A stretch of DNA of 62,531 nucleotides, filler included, from Choristocarpus tenellus KU-1152 (Eukaryota > Protista > Phaeophyceae), in the NCBI GenBank assembly GCA_964200185.2. It is 9 parts of 9 records of this genome, joined end to end, with 100 filler letters (N's around TTAATTAATTAA, not from the genome) between each part and the next. Parts side by side here need not be neighbours in the genome. Positions count along the whole stretch, not along the records: positions 10,954 to 17,356 come from CAXNAD020008208.1; positions 17,457 to 21,721 come from CAXNAD020015403.1; positions 21,822 to 24,848 come from CAXNAD020022842.1; positions 24,949 to 28,766 come from CAXNAD020017754.1; positions 28,867 to 38,483 come from CAXNAD020003535.1; 4 more parts are not named here. One strand, written 5' to 3'. The translations under genes were made by a program, and so were the position numbers. Positions within the stretch are counted from its first letter, which is position 1; each line of letters starts with the position of its first letter. The notes below the pieces were generated by a model that did not search any database, was not told the origin of the DNA, and saw only the letters and a program-made list of their open reading frames with translations. Positions 16,201 to 29,333 of the stretch are shown in pieces.

Positions 16201-17267
16201 GGATCAACATCAAAAACAACTCAACTTATATGCCCCTGCCTTCATGCTCTGAGCCTTGATGAAGCATATCAAGCCTACCATACCCAAAACTCATCTCCAA
16301 CAAGAACAATAAATTATTTCCCAGATCAATTCATTCGATCAATCCCTTTTTTTTCCCGTCACCAATACAATTTTTTTCCCCTTTTTTTTCTAACCACCAG
16401 CAAAGTACACAACCACAGAGCAACAGTCCTTGAATATGCACATGAAGGTGGACAGGGAGGAGAGAGACAAAGAGTCAGGAGCAACATAAAACGCAACAAG
16501 GGGCAAACCTCACTATTGCACATGTGTGCAGCCAGGCTGATACCACAACAGAGGCTTTGGTGAAATGGGAAACACATAATATGTTTAAAGTAGTGTTAAT
16601 TATGCAGAAAAAGGTGTGTATATATATATTGTTCATACACAAAAACAGGGTCCCATGGTATCTATCCCATCACTTGAATGCAGCCTTGTGCGAAAATGCT
16701 GACTGTAGGAATCTCTTCTTCATTCAAGAGGTTTCCCCTTACCCTCTCAGAGCCAACCTGGAATAACTCCTTGGTGCCTATCAGGACACGCTCCTTGCTT
16801 GTGAGAAGCAGGTGCAGCCTATTGTTTTTGGAGCACAGACTGCTCAGCACCTGCACCAAAGAGTCCCTAGCTGCCCCTCTCCGCCCGTGTCCCTCAAACA
16901 GAGAGTCTACCCCGTCGATAGCAAGGAGGACCTGGAATATTAGTATTAACAATTATCACATTACCATCATACCCATCAACACAGTGGAAAAGGGGTATGA
17001 TGGACATGGGAGCATTTGGGTTAGACATCTGGGGGGCGTAATTCTAGAAAAGTGAAAAAAAAAACAGGAAGAATAATCCTAAGGAGCACAGCATCAGACA
17101 GGAAAGTCAGCACATCACAAATAAGAAAAACATTTCAGTGCGCGTTGACTTACCTTGCCATCGATTGGAGTGTTCTTGCCTTGGTCAGAAGGAACTGTGA
17201 AGAGGTGTGCAAGGAGATCATCTATTTTTGATGGGACTCGGTCTGTCATTCCCACAGCAAGTCCTAA
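13265..17267 (-). CDS. STAND/NB-ARC-like NTPase - STAT linker - SH2 fusion protein, 5'-partial (exons 17267-17154, 16931-16743, 15312-15071, 14588-13796, 13486-13265)
   Basis: Five AG/GT-bounded exons join in frame (phases 0,0,2,0) and end in TGA at 13265-13267. NTPase motifs: Walker B VLLAIDGVD, sensor-like HLLLTSK, RNBS-C-like VLRVEPLT..SAQFL, GxP motif ARGHPGT. STAT-linker-like motifs: WDNLSKQLQHHL, RGMNEDDLIFV, FSKWWGPL. SH2: W..HAIFGFVGRYKAERLLLDQDSGTFLLRFSETKPG...VQHSLIHV...YRNLGQLLDDCIKLWKVYP..SKKDF. Confidence 0.85.
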
Positions 17268-17456
17268 CTGCAGAGGAGGACATGCACATGCGAAGGATGA
17301 GTACAACAGGAATTACATGAACAGGTTCCAGGTTGAAGGGTTTGAAGGGAGGGGGGNNNNNNNNNNNNNNNNNNNNNNNNNNNNNNNNNNNNNNNNNNNN
17401 TTAATTAATTAANNNNNNNNNNNNNNNNNNNNNNNNNNNNNNNNNNNNNNNNNNNN

Positions 17457-18420
17457 GCCGTAACGCTCCGCCCAAACCCTGCTCTTCAATGTTGCAAAAC
17501 CCCCCAAATCATTGATGTTGAGACCCAGCGACTGCGCTGGCAGCATCGCAAGCTTTAAAGTTCCATTCATCCTCCATCCCTGCTGCGTTCAGCTTCTGCA
17601 CCATGCCCTTGCCCGTATACAGGGTCGTGCCGTCCTGGTGTATGAAGGCCCAACCCAATTCCAGCCACGACATTTTTTTCTTGATCGCTGGCAAAAGCTG
17701 CTCTGTGTACCACTCCAGGTACCACTCAGCGTTGACGTTGACGTCAACCTCATACTTCTCACCCTTCCAGAGCTACACTGTAGTCGATTGCGCCTCCTTC
17801 GTGACACAAACCCGCAAGATCCCGATCTTGCCATCGAAATCATGGGAAGGATCTGGGCGCGGAACGGCGAAGATGAACATCACTTTGGGAATGTGACTCT
17901 TGTGCTGCACCTTCATTGAGCCCACCTTTTTCTCCCCCGGGAACATGCGCACATCTCTCGTTTGCGGATGAGGTAGAACCACACCTCATCGGTGTGAAGG
18001 TGTTGAGGCCAGTCCTGTAGGTTTTGCGGTTGATGGAGTTCTGGTCGAGGATGAAGTCCACCCTGTTCTTCTTGTAAGAAACCGAAATGGTAGGGATGAC
18101 TCACCGCTGAACCCTCGTTGCCCCCATGGCTTCGAGTCAGCGATGAAGCCTTTGAGCTGCCAAGTGTGAGGCCCGCTTAGGCGAGCTTGGCGGTAAGTTG
18201 GTCAATAGTCAGCGTGCGATTACTGGCGTTGATTTCCCGGATCTTCACTACTTGTTTTGTTTGCGTATAGTCCAACGGCTGTCCAGATTGTGCTTGTGAT
18301 TTCAGGGAGAACATATTCCCCCTGTCTAACTGTTCTTTGACGCGCGCCCACACCAATTTAGGGTGTTTTTTTCCACTCCGAACTCTTTCGGAGTGACCCA
18401 GAGGAAGAGCCAATGCTTAA
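17457..18420 (-). mobile_element. Plant-type (DD39D-like) mariner transposase pseudogene
   Basis: Frameshifted motifs HTDEVWFY (cf. DEKWFY), VQHKSHIPKVMFIFAVPRP..FDGKIG, HQDG (cf. QQDNA) and PAQSLGLNINDLGGF (cf. QPPNSPDLNVLDLGFF). Confidence 0.85.
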
Positions 18421-20846
18421 CACAGAGCAGGGGGGGTCCGACCTTTTCCTTGGTCAGTTCACAGTTATTTTCCTGAGACGGTGGGCTTCGTGCCGGGGAT
18501 GACGGGGTGTGGGGGCTTGCCATGGGGGTTGTGAGAAGTGTTCTTTGGAGTCCACGTTGTACCAGGAACATTAAAAAATGATAAGAATATACCCCATTTT
18601 GTGTTCCATTATATCGGAACCATTTCAGAGCATAATTCTTTGTAGTGTTTTTATATTTAGTTGCTAATGTAAAGTATTCCAAGAATCCAGCGCAAAGTGA
18701 AAGTTTATGAAGTAACCTGAGTTTTGTGGGCAGAAGAATTCTGGTTGGCTGGGGGCACAGGACAAGGGAGGGTAGTGGAAAGAAAACGAAGGAAGCAAGA
18801 AGAGAACGAATAGTTAAAGAATGACTGGCTAAGAGAGGGGGGAGAAAGGTTGAAAGAATGAGTGTTAGGAAGAGGGAAGGGGAAGGAATGATCAGTATCT
18901 AATAAGGGAGCTGAGAACCAGGGGTACAGGGCGAGGAGGGCGAGAACAAGACAACCTCCGAGCAAGCTCTCGCCGGAGTAGATCAAGACAGAACCCGAAC
19001 AATCGTTCTGACAGATGGAAGGGAGAAAGGTCCGATGGGAGAGGCGGGGATGCTTGAGAACCGGATACTGGGATGGTAAGAAAAGGTCCACAAGGTAAGA
19101 GGGCTGATGACTGAGACGGTGAAAAACATTGTGGATAGGTGTAGGGTAGGAATGGAATATGGGTAGTGAAGTGGGTAGATTCAGACATAATACAAGGGGT
19201 ATCTGGGGAAACCCATAAAACAAGAAATTACGAAAGACTGACCACGATGTTATGGTGGGGTGAAACAAGGTTAGACGCGTAAATGATGAATCGGCCGATT
19301 CACACGGTAGTGACCCTGGTAGAGATGGAATTACATGCTAATTCGGTAAGTTATAAATGCTGATACTTTTTAGGTTAGTACACAGAGAAAGGGAAAGGGT
19401 TGAGGGTCCTGCCAGAGTTACAGTCCAAGGGGTTGACGGGAACCAGTAGTAGAGTGTGCCGGTTTCGCCACAAACATGGTTATCCCATGGAGATCACGAT
19501 AAAAATGGGAAAGTTAATGGGTCAGGGTAGGAGTAATGTGCCTGTGCTAATCTTGTGGAGTAAGTGCAGTTTAGATAACGCTCGAAAGATAGGGCCGGGA
19601 CTGATGCTAGGTTTATATCAATAGGTGGAATCACGTGGATTTGTTTTCCGCTGCTTACATTGTCCAACCTAACCCATAGGGAAAAAGGAAATCGAATAGC
19701 GTGGGCTCACTGTAGGATGATGTAGAGGGGACCACCCCGTTTAAGGGTAACGCGTGGAAGTTACGAGGTTAGTAATGGGACGCTTACTAAGCACAGGCAA
19801 TCAGTGGTTATGTCAATATGAGTAGCCATAGAATTTATGGATTAAAGTTACAAACTGGGAGATAATGTGGTATAGAAAACAAAACAAATAAGAAAACCTG
19901 TATTGGTATTCCAGAGTACCGAATGAGGCCACGTGGTAGGTGGGGATTCTAGGTGGAGTCACAGCTACGAAATTAAGTACCGATAATGGCACGGATGGAC
20001 ATTTAGTAGGTGGGAATTTTAGGTAGAGTGAATGTCACGAAAGTAAGAACTGGGGATTGGCAGTTGATGTATGTATAAAAAACAAAACGAGATGCGACAG
20101 TTGAAAGAAAAATGGACTTGGCAAGAACATACCAAAAATATGCAGATAAAGAAGGGCACACTAATATAAATAGGGGGTAGGGGAATGAATAACCATACCT
20201 CCTACACCACCCTGTGTAGAAATGTGGGTTAACTGTGTGAATAAAGGACTACTGCTTAAGATGGGAGGTTACATTTGAGGGCCTTAGATTTTAAAAGAAA
20301 AAGAGGAAAGAAAAAGGGGGGGATAAGGAGAGGGACTAAACGGTATGACCGTTAAGGAAGTCTTTGTGGGCATCCTTTCTACAATTAGGAACAAGTTGCC
20401 ACAGTGAAGGAAAGTGATAAACAAAAAGATAGTGCCCAACAGTAGGATAATCACTTCAAGTCAATAAAAAGGCCGGGAGGGGAGGCGGGAGATTCAGGTC
20501 ACAGTAGTGGGGTGAATTAGATACAATGGTATGGCATGAACGTCTCCACAGTTTGAGTTGCACAATGAGTGGAAATGGATGTGCTCAATTGAAAGGAACA
20601 GATAGGAATAATATGCTACAGTCCCCTAAAATATATATATATACTTGTATTTATTGACATAGAAGTGTCTAGGGAGATGTAATTTGTTTAGGTGAGCCCT
20701 GAACCATCTCAAAAAAAAAAATGCACACTTTGCTGATCCTAAGTACATAATGTGACTATGAAGGTCTCACACCTGAGTCAACTCACAAGCAGCTACGACT
20801 GATCCAGGTCAATAATGCACAATACACGTTTTAGTCCTTACGGAAT

Positions 20847-21721
20847 CCATCCAGACTAGTCCCTACCAGATTACGCAAGGCAATAATAAGGAGGGTGCAT
20901 GAACAATGTTTGAGCAATGGATTGATCCCTCACTAAGGGCGGGAAGGTGGACGTGAGAATACAGGTATAACACAGATGTTGGATGGAGGTGATTTCCAAC
21001 AGCCTTTCAAGGTAAGAGGAGTTCAAGAACATGCAGGGGGCGGGGGGGGGGGCATATGCAAGAGACTTTGATATGTATCTTATCAAGGACAGTCACTTTA
21101 AAGGTATGCCTTGGTCGGATGATGGATATTTCCCTTTTGTCAAAGACTAGAGAGTAGTGGCTTGTTTTGGATTAAATACTCCAAGCAAATGCGATGATAT
21201 CAACAGTGGTAATGTTGAGGGGGGGCGGGGGGGGGGAAGGATAGACTTATGAAACTCCTAATCAAAACCAGCGGAAACCTTGTCAAAGCATTAAGTATTA
21301 CAAACTCCACTTTAAAAAATAAATAAGTGGAGTTTAATATCGGCAATACAAGGAGTGTGTGGCTAGCCGAGAATTGGGGATACCAAGTCTGATCTAGACT
21401 AACACATGACCATTACATGTCCTAGCCCTTGCGCAACCCATCCAGACTAGCCCCTACCAGATTACTCAAGGCAATGTCGAGGAGTGTGCATGAACGATGT
21501 TCAAACAATGGGTTGATCCCCGACTAGGGGTGGGAATGCGAACTTGAAAATACAGGTACGATACAGAAACAAGATGGAGCTGATCTCTAACAGCCTGCCA
21601 AGGTAGGTGAAGGTCAAGAAGGTACAGAGGGGGGGGGGGGGGGGGGGGGGAAAGCCTTGAAAAATTATAAATCAAAACCACGGAAAACCGGTAAAGGATT
21701 TAAATATAAAAATTTCAATCC
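20847..21721. repeat. Diverged direct repeat, two copies ~590 bp apart
   Basis: ccatccagactag(t/c)ccctaccagattac(g/t)caaggcaat... starts near 20847 and 21438; the distal aatcaaaacca..ggaaacc motif recurs near 21260 and 21670. Confidence 0.7.
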
Positions 21722-21821
21722 NNNNNNNNNNNNNNNNNNNNNNNNNNNNNNNNNNNNNNNNNNNNTTAATTAATTAANNNNNNNNNNNNNNNNNNNNNNN
21801 NNNNNNNNNNNNNNNNNNNNN

Positions 21822-21905
21822 ATCTGACGTATGCAACCAAATCACCCAAAAATCGTGACATGGGATGGACAGCTGCCACCCCCTCCCCCCCAGAAACTTT
21901 GAGTC
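21822..21905 (+). mobile_element. 3' half of MITE subfamily B at the contig start
   Basis: atgcaaccaaatcacccaaaaatcgtgacatg...cccagaaactttgagtc matches the right half of 41812-41990. Confidence 0.7.
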
Positions 21906-22143
21906 TTCCACTCAGTCGGCACCCATTGGCAATGTGCATGAGCATCAACACTGTCACATACATCCGTGCATGGTCACGGGATTAGGGAGACTTGCTACTT
22001 GGACTATAACAACAGTACAATGTGATCAATGTGCCCCTCCTCCATGGCAGACAATACAACTTGTTTCAAGCAATGGTAAACTTTCCCCACACTCTTGGTT
22101 GCATTGTTTCCTTGATTTTTCCTTCTCTCTTCATATTGGAAAG

Positions 22144-23184
22144 GATAAACGATGTGACAGTCACGTACTACAACGGCACCTTTGCCTGCAATGAGAGTAC
22201 ATGTGAGTCACTTCCTTCCAATGCAAAGATGCACCTGTTTTCTGCGTCTCGGGTAGTGCATCTCTCAGGGGTATCTGAATCAGTTGCAATGGATGTCTTA
22301 GCTTGAGGTGTGAGGTGATATACTTTCCTCCTCTCAATGGAAAATGATGAAAAATAATATGTTTGGTACGGATAGTACTAAGTGCTCAGGGACTTGATGA
22401 AAAGGAGAGTCCCAGGGTCTTGAAAACTGGACATGGCTTAGTTTGACCGTCTATATTTTCCAGCAACTGTACACGAGGCTTCCACAATTCAGACAGTCAC
22501 AAAATATAAATGCATCAATTCAATCTAACAGTTTCCTCCATCCCTTTGTACTTTGTGATTGCCAAAAATGTGTGTGTGTATGTGTGTGTGTGTATGTGTG
22601 TGTGTGTGTGTGTGTTCTGCCATGGACAGATGTTGACGTGGAGTTTTTGACAGATAATGGAAACCTGCCTTTGCTGGTGGCGGACACCACTGCCCTCTTC
22701 TTAGGGGTGAGATTCGCAGTTATTGCTCCTTTTCCCTACAACGCCCCTCTGTGGTTAGAATTCTGGGCGTGTGGTATATATACAATGCTGATGTAAGGGA
22801 AACTATAGTGTATGTGAGAGTACTTCACTGAATGGAAAGTAGGGAAGCACTGGTTAGGATAGGACGGTGACATCATACTCTACCGTTTCTGATCTCTTCC
22901 CCACAAAGTTTAACATTGGCCAGCTATATTCTGGTAAATCTTTCCAGGATGGCATCTCTCCAGGGGTGATGAATGTGACTAAAATGCGATCGGGTACGAA
23001 GGAGGACATAGAGTGTGCGGCCCATGGGGTATGTGATGAGTCCACAGGAGTGTGTGATTGCTTTGTGGGATACCAGAGCAGCGATGGTACTGGTGGGCGT
23101 GGGCAGAGAGGAGACTGCGGCTGGTGGAACAAGCAGCAAACCGCTCTCTTCCAGGGACGCGGACTTTCGATAGACTATAACTAA
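22144..23184 (+). CDS. EGF-like domain protein of the stramenopile mastigoneme/SIG-related type, 3' part (exons 22144-22202, 22630-22706, 22948-23184)
   Basis: In-frame GT-AG splicing gives INDVTVTYYNGTFACNEST/YVDVEFLTDNGNLPLLVADTTALFLG/DGISPGVMNVTKMRSGTKEDIECAAHGVCDESTGVCDCFVGYQSSDGTGGRGQRGDCGW...*. It has the C-terminal EGF motif GTKE..EC...G.CD..TG.C.CF.GY. Confidence 0.8.
22569..22615. repeat. (TG)n microsatellite in an intron just before an acceptor
   Basis: Direct observation. Confidence 0.9.
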
Positions 23185-24986
23185 ACGTCAACCAATATTC
23201 CAATCGAGACAATTTATCTGGATAGCTTCTCCAAGTAGACCTTGACAGCGCACTAGTTATGGCAAACAAAGAAGCAACAGCACATCTACGGTAGTTCTTT
23301 GAAATTTCTTAAAATATCTTGACCAAAGCATCTTGGGGGAGGCACCGCATATTCTGTACTTCTGACCACTTTATATTCAGGAACTTTGTTTGAAGGGTGT
23401 TGATCCTCTGTGGCACCAAGTAATAAGGAAGTAAGTCAATAAACTCCACAGGTAATCTTAGCCTGCATCTCAGCCAAGAGACAGAACCCAGTCTAGGAAT
23501 AAGAAGAAAACACCAAGAAGTTCATCCAGAAGAACTGTTAGGGAGGAGCATGCTCCTGAATGAGGATGATTCAATTCATTAGAAGAAGACGTGATGAATT
23601 TGACGAGTAACACCCCAAAGGTTTCAGTAGTTATGTCATTTCTAGAGCCTAGTGCACAAATCCTAGTGATGACAACATTTTGATGGCCATTTACTGGAGG
23701 ATAACGTGCAAAGTTTGGCACATCTTGGAAACGATTTGTGTGGGCTCGAAAGCTTCAACAGAGTGTGTAACTGGACTTCGAGTAGGTCACAGGGGGAGTG
23801 ACTGGGGTTTCTTGTGTCTCTTCTCTACTCCAACAAACGGAGAATCACTGACCACAAACTCTATGGACATTTTCCGCACCCTTGCCCGCTAGAGCACAGG
23901 TGATTCTGAAGTAAGGGAGAAAAACCCACGTTTTGCCCGTTTTGCATTTTAAGTCAGTTATTTAATCTTTCGAAATCCACCCCTATTTCTATGGACAAAG
24001 TTCTAAGTTTGACTTGAGAAGGTTGATTTCTTTGTTTGAAATTTTCGGTACAATTAAGAAAATATTCTACACTCGTTTTATAAAAATCGACAGGTTTTGC
24101 ATATATTTGTCAGCATCCAAAAAATGAAGCTCTGAATGCCTCTCATTGATTTTGACTCTAAAAAGGACTCAGGACCACCCTGAAATAGCTGCTCATCTTG
24201 TCCGGGTTAAAAAAACATGTATCACAGCTAATGAAACGAAGCTAGATGCAAAAGACTTGGACTCCTTGTTCATGAGCAGGGTGCTATCTGAACCAAATCC
24301 AAAACTTGGAGATGTTTACTAGCCTGTGCTTGGAGTCTACTCTGTCGAGGGGATTGTAGTGCAAAAGAAGGCTCATCCATCCTCCACCAATATAGTCTAT
24401 TGGATAAGGCTCCATGGTATCGTAACTGCGAGTGATTATGATGAGTGTTTGTGGAAGAAACCCGAGGATGTACCTCATTGTGCATGATGTGATTGCAAAA
24501 TATCAGGAATATTCGTTCTTGAGTTTATTAGTCTCCCACTACATATTGGATGAGACCCCCCATATTGGTTGTGCCTGTAACTCATGTTACAATTACTTGT
24601 CTTCCTCAGTTCCAGCTGTAGTAGTGGCCTGCTATTGACGGTCGCATCATGTTAATGTGGTGGTGGGATTCGTCAGGGGAATGATGCTGGTCTAGTATCA
24701 GGACGGTGCTTTGGGAGTCATCATGTGTTCTATGACGCGGGCTTGTTCTGCACACATACACACCAGGTGATGTTCATATCGAGATCTGTCTGTCTGTCTC
24801 TCAGATCAGATTCAAAGTATCTGGGGGGGGGGGGGGGGGGGGGGGGGGNNNNNNNNNNNNNNNNNNNNNNNNNNNNNNNNNNNNNNNNNNNNTTAATTAA
24901 TTAANNNNNNNNNNNNNNNNNNNNNNNNNNNNNNNNNNNNNNNNNNNNGCCTCATCCCTGTCTGGAATATTCTCTCTGTCTGCCAG

Positions 24987-25052
24987 ATGACTGGCGAAGT
25001 TGCCTACCGCAAGAAGGGCGGCGCGCCCACCGTTCAGCAAATGGCACACTAG
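24987..25052 (+). CDS. Probable terminal exon of an unidentified gene (MTGEVAYRKKGGAPTVQQMAH*)
   Basis: Pyrimidine tract tctctctgtctgccag, then a GC-rich codon-like run ending in TAG near the contig start. Product unknown. Confidence 0.4.
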   Translation: MTGEVAYRKKGGAPTVQQMAH

Positions 25053-28000
25053 TCTTTAAATGTGAAGTGCTACACGACGAGATGTTCGTAAAGTATGGGG
25101 CAGGATTATAGGCAGGTCAAGGCGTGCGCTTGGTTTTGTGGAAGAGCAACAACGGGGGAGGCAGTTGGTGTACCCATTGGGTTGTGAATATACTTGGTTC
25201 TTATTTTCATACCTTCATTCATAAACTGGGTGATGTGTCTCGTGTGTCTCTGTATTCAATGGTTGGGGGATGAGAAAGGTAGCCACGTTGTTGAGAGGTC
25301 ACCTTTCCAAACTTCGGGCGTGGACTATACCAGTTGCGGTGCTATGCTTCCAATAATTGGGGGTTGGCACTATTCGCCTGGTGTTTCTCTCGCAACTGAA
25401 TAGAGAAAAGGCTGAGGTTTGTGTTCCTTACACTGCCGTTATGTTTTATGCTGAATTTGGAGTAGACCGGTCCAGGGATATTTGTAAAATTTAGCCCGAT
25501 GTTAGATTTACAATTTATGACTTCAAATTACCAGGGGATGGTCGAGGACCAGTGTCCACGTTACAAAAATTATGTATTTTAGTGGATATAGGAATCGGTT
25601 GAATATCGAGGGGGATAACACATCGATCCAGGGTGGGAGGTCGAAAAGGTCGAGAGAAAATGCATTATTTGCATGTCCAGGACACAGCGTCAGAGTCAAG
25701 TTGCTATCTTGTGGTGTATTCTTAGGTATTTTGGATAGTACACTCGACTACGCTGGTATATGCAGACTCAGAGTTTGAGTTGGGTCATGGGAACAAGCAT
25801 TTATTTATTTATTTGAAGGCATATTTTAAATTGTCTACTCCTAATAAGAATAGATGCACAGTGTCCTAGACACTGCTCTGGAGTAGTTCTTTTACAGTTA
25901 CTGCTGTGAGGTGACTGTGTAGTGGTCACATGTTGCTTCCAAAACCCAATCCTATATTCCATAACGTGATAAACTACCTTCGTGATGTTGCATGCTGGCA
26001 CTGTCTTTTCGGTATGTGATGAAATACATCACTCAATATAATCATTGTAATATTACTGCATCAAATCCCCTTCTCCCAACAACTGTGGAGTTTGTGCTCA
26101 TGTCGTAACCTGTTCAGCATCAAGGATATAATACAGATTATGAATTGTAATGGATACCAAAGTGTTGTACATCTGTAATTATGCTAGAAGAAGAGACATC
26201 AATGATTAATTGTACTATACAACGTGCTCCACTGATCTGTTCACTCCAGGTCCCTCCTCCTTATCCCTCCTCATGAAATGGCCACATCTTTTTCAAACCT
26301 TTATGAAAAGTATTATACTGTATTGTTGATAGTATCACATTCGCCCCAAGGTTAGCTCCACTTTTAACCATGTTGACCTCTTGATAAGAAGACCAAAGTT
26401 ATGGTTGGTTCCCCTTGTAAACGCTGGAGGGACCCAACATTTCCTCATGGTACAAGAGTCACTCTATCTTACATGGAGGTAAGGAATTGGTAATGAATGG
26501 TGGTCGCAACCCCACTTTTTTTCCCATCCATTCCAGAATATCCTCTTTTAATTATTTAATGATCGCACTGTCATTTTGCAGACATTATCACTGGGGAGAA
26601 GTTACAGGCAAGAGAACGCGATCATAGACTCTGTGTTGCCGATAGCGTTGCAGTAAATGTCCACCAACTATACATCAATGTTTACGGACAAACGTGTCTA
26701 TGCTTACATGCAGTATTTAAAATGTCTTCATGCCAGTCTGGATCACATACGACAGAGTCCCAAACGTGCAGCATGCACCACAAGAACTAGCTCGAACAAA
26801 GGTTCCTACTACTGTTATTGTAAAGCATAGCTCCAGGCAAGTATTGGAATCTCTCCAATGGGAAGCGTCAGGAGTCAACTAGCCACCAATGAAACGTTCA
26901 CAAGACATAATTAGTGATCAAGCAGCAACATATTCAATCACTATGCTAGTTCAATGAATAATGCAATAACATAAACCCGTAATTTTTTTACATATATAGT
27001 TTAGATATGATGAGGTACATTCAGAACATATTACACGATTTATTGTCGCTGTATGATTACAAACAACCCAACATCGCTCGAGATTCAATGTTAATCTGCC
27101 TTTCCACCCTACTCCATGCAATTTTCTTCCATAACAATGGAGGGCTAGCTCTAGTTTTTTGCGGTCAGACTCGGATACACTATTGGAGAATTGGAGGTAC
27201 AGAAAACAGGGTGGAAGTAGGGGAGATTTATGTTTTTGCTTTGTACATATTATTATTTTGTGACCCAATTAGAAGCACAGTTCATCTTTACGTTCGTGAG
27301 CTACTTCTACCCGACTTCTAACGTTTTTCTTATTTTTGACAGTATAATTAACATGTAGTACTACGTAGTTGGAAACTGTATTCTGAGTACCCGTAAAGTC
27401 ACGCGTCAGGCTACTACTGGCTGGAGCCTCACATACAAATGAGCATACACACTCGACTCAATCAGACTCTGTAATCGGAAATAGTGGATACACAGCCAAC
27501 AGCAGACAGTTGAAGTCCTCCAGACACAGTCGAACACCCACCCATCTTACAAGGTGTCAGGATTATAAGGCAGCACAAGTCGAGCTTTCGTTGTTCCTGT
27601 AACACAAGCATATCTTTGTCCAATACACACCCACTGTGGTGGAAGTGTAGACAGTGGCTGCCTCACATGATTGTGTCTTTCGACCCTTGGATGGTAGGCA
27701 CATACCTCTGCTGCAGAGACCTCTTGAAGCAGCACCTCGACTCTTGAGTACATTAAGTCTTGGTGATAGAGACGCGTGGGTAGTCGCAAAGCTTCCCCAA
27801 CTAGTTGAAAATGATGTTGACGGGTTTGGCAATAGGATCCCAAACTGGTATCAAAAGTGGATATCCAAAACGAAAAAAAGTGGGAGAATGGAGTTGATGT
27901 ATCCAATATATAGAGAACAGAGGCAAATTTGATCTGGGTAGGACTTTGGGTAGGAGAGTTGGGCTCGTCAGTACAAATCAATGAGTTGATTTCACGTATA

Positions 28001-29333
28001 TATCCCCCCCTAAACGAGCTTTACATTTATGCGGTATCCGCAAGTCTACCGTATACGCTCGATAGTGGAAAACTAGGCTACGGTAGCAGCCTTGCGTGTC
28101 ACACCTTTCTCTCTCTTTAAGAAAAAAATAATATATGGCAAACTTTACCACGATTTTCGGCTGGCCATCCAAAAAGGGTGCATTCTCTCACCGAAATATG
28201 AACCACTCAGTTGCCATAACGTCGTCTCAACGGACCTGTAAGAGCTGTCCTTTGATGTGTGGGACGTCGATTGCAGACGAAGCAACTGAAAGGACCGCTG
28301 TTTGTGCTAAGAACGTCAGACAAGAGTTTTCAACGAGCTCGATGTGGAAAGGGGTGAAGTTATTGATGCGTGGAAGCGATATCTTCACACGTTGAGCTGT
28401 CACGACTGCTGCAAGTTCTCGCAAGTCGGGCCTTGGGCAGGAACATCTTCGAATCACTGATTCCCAGCGGAACCTGTGAAATGGAAGAACAGTGTGATAC
28501 ACGAAAAACAGATCGGGAATGTGAGTGTACGAATGGTGAGGAAGAACTACCCTAGGCAACGTCTATACCATGGAGGTCAAAAACCACTCGTTTACGACTA
28601 TAGGTGGATGTGGTGGTCAGAGACTGTGCAATATAGACTGATAGTCTACATGGTTTATATTCATTTAGTGAACACCACTAGACAACATGAATGTCGGCTA
28701 AGTGGAACAAGTGGCATTGACTTCTGTTATTGTGTGTGAAGTAATGAGTTCGAATCTCAGATGTTCNNNNNNNNNNNNNNNNNNNNNNNNNNNNNNNNNN
28801 NNNNNNNNNNTTAATTAATTAANNNNNNNNNNNNNNNNNNNNNNNNNNNNNNNNNNNNNNNNNNNNCTGGACAACGGGATGATTTCCGTCGTCTTTCAGA
28901 CTGAACCATGAGATTGCCAACTTTTCTTGACAGCTCCGCTACCGTCGCCATAAGCTGTCTGAATTCTTGGACAGATGGGCCCTCGGAAGGAACAGGTTCC
29001 CGCAATTATTGAATCGCATCTCCTCGTGTAGACATCATGAAATGATGGGTGAAAACCTCAGGTTCAATATATTGTGTTAATTGTATTAAGTATCCCCAAA
29101 ATCATCGAAGAGGATAGAGGTGACAAACCCGGAAAGACTGCTTGGTGTCTGTAGAGTGATTAAATTTAGGTGGGGCATGCAGCACTCCATAACAACGCAA
29201 ATATTTCCTTTTTATCTGAGAAATTTCTCATAAACTAATCACTAGTAAAAGGTTCTGATCATTCAACCACTAATTGATTGTTCCGTTACTCCATACATAT
29301 TGTTCCGTAACTGTCCGATAGAGTTGGGAAAGT

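Noticed and set aside
18705-20450. Possible decayed LINE on the - strand (KGCPQ-like motif, strong strand skew)
   Set aside because: Too degraded; no YADD-type motif found.
26250-28560. Possible MULE relics (SWIM-like C.C...C.H near 26700; HNH-ending zinc finger near 27660)
   Set aside because: The motifs need frameshifts and lie on opposite strands; insufficient support.
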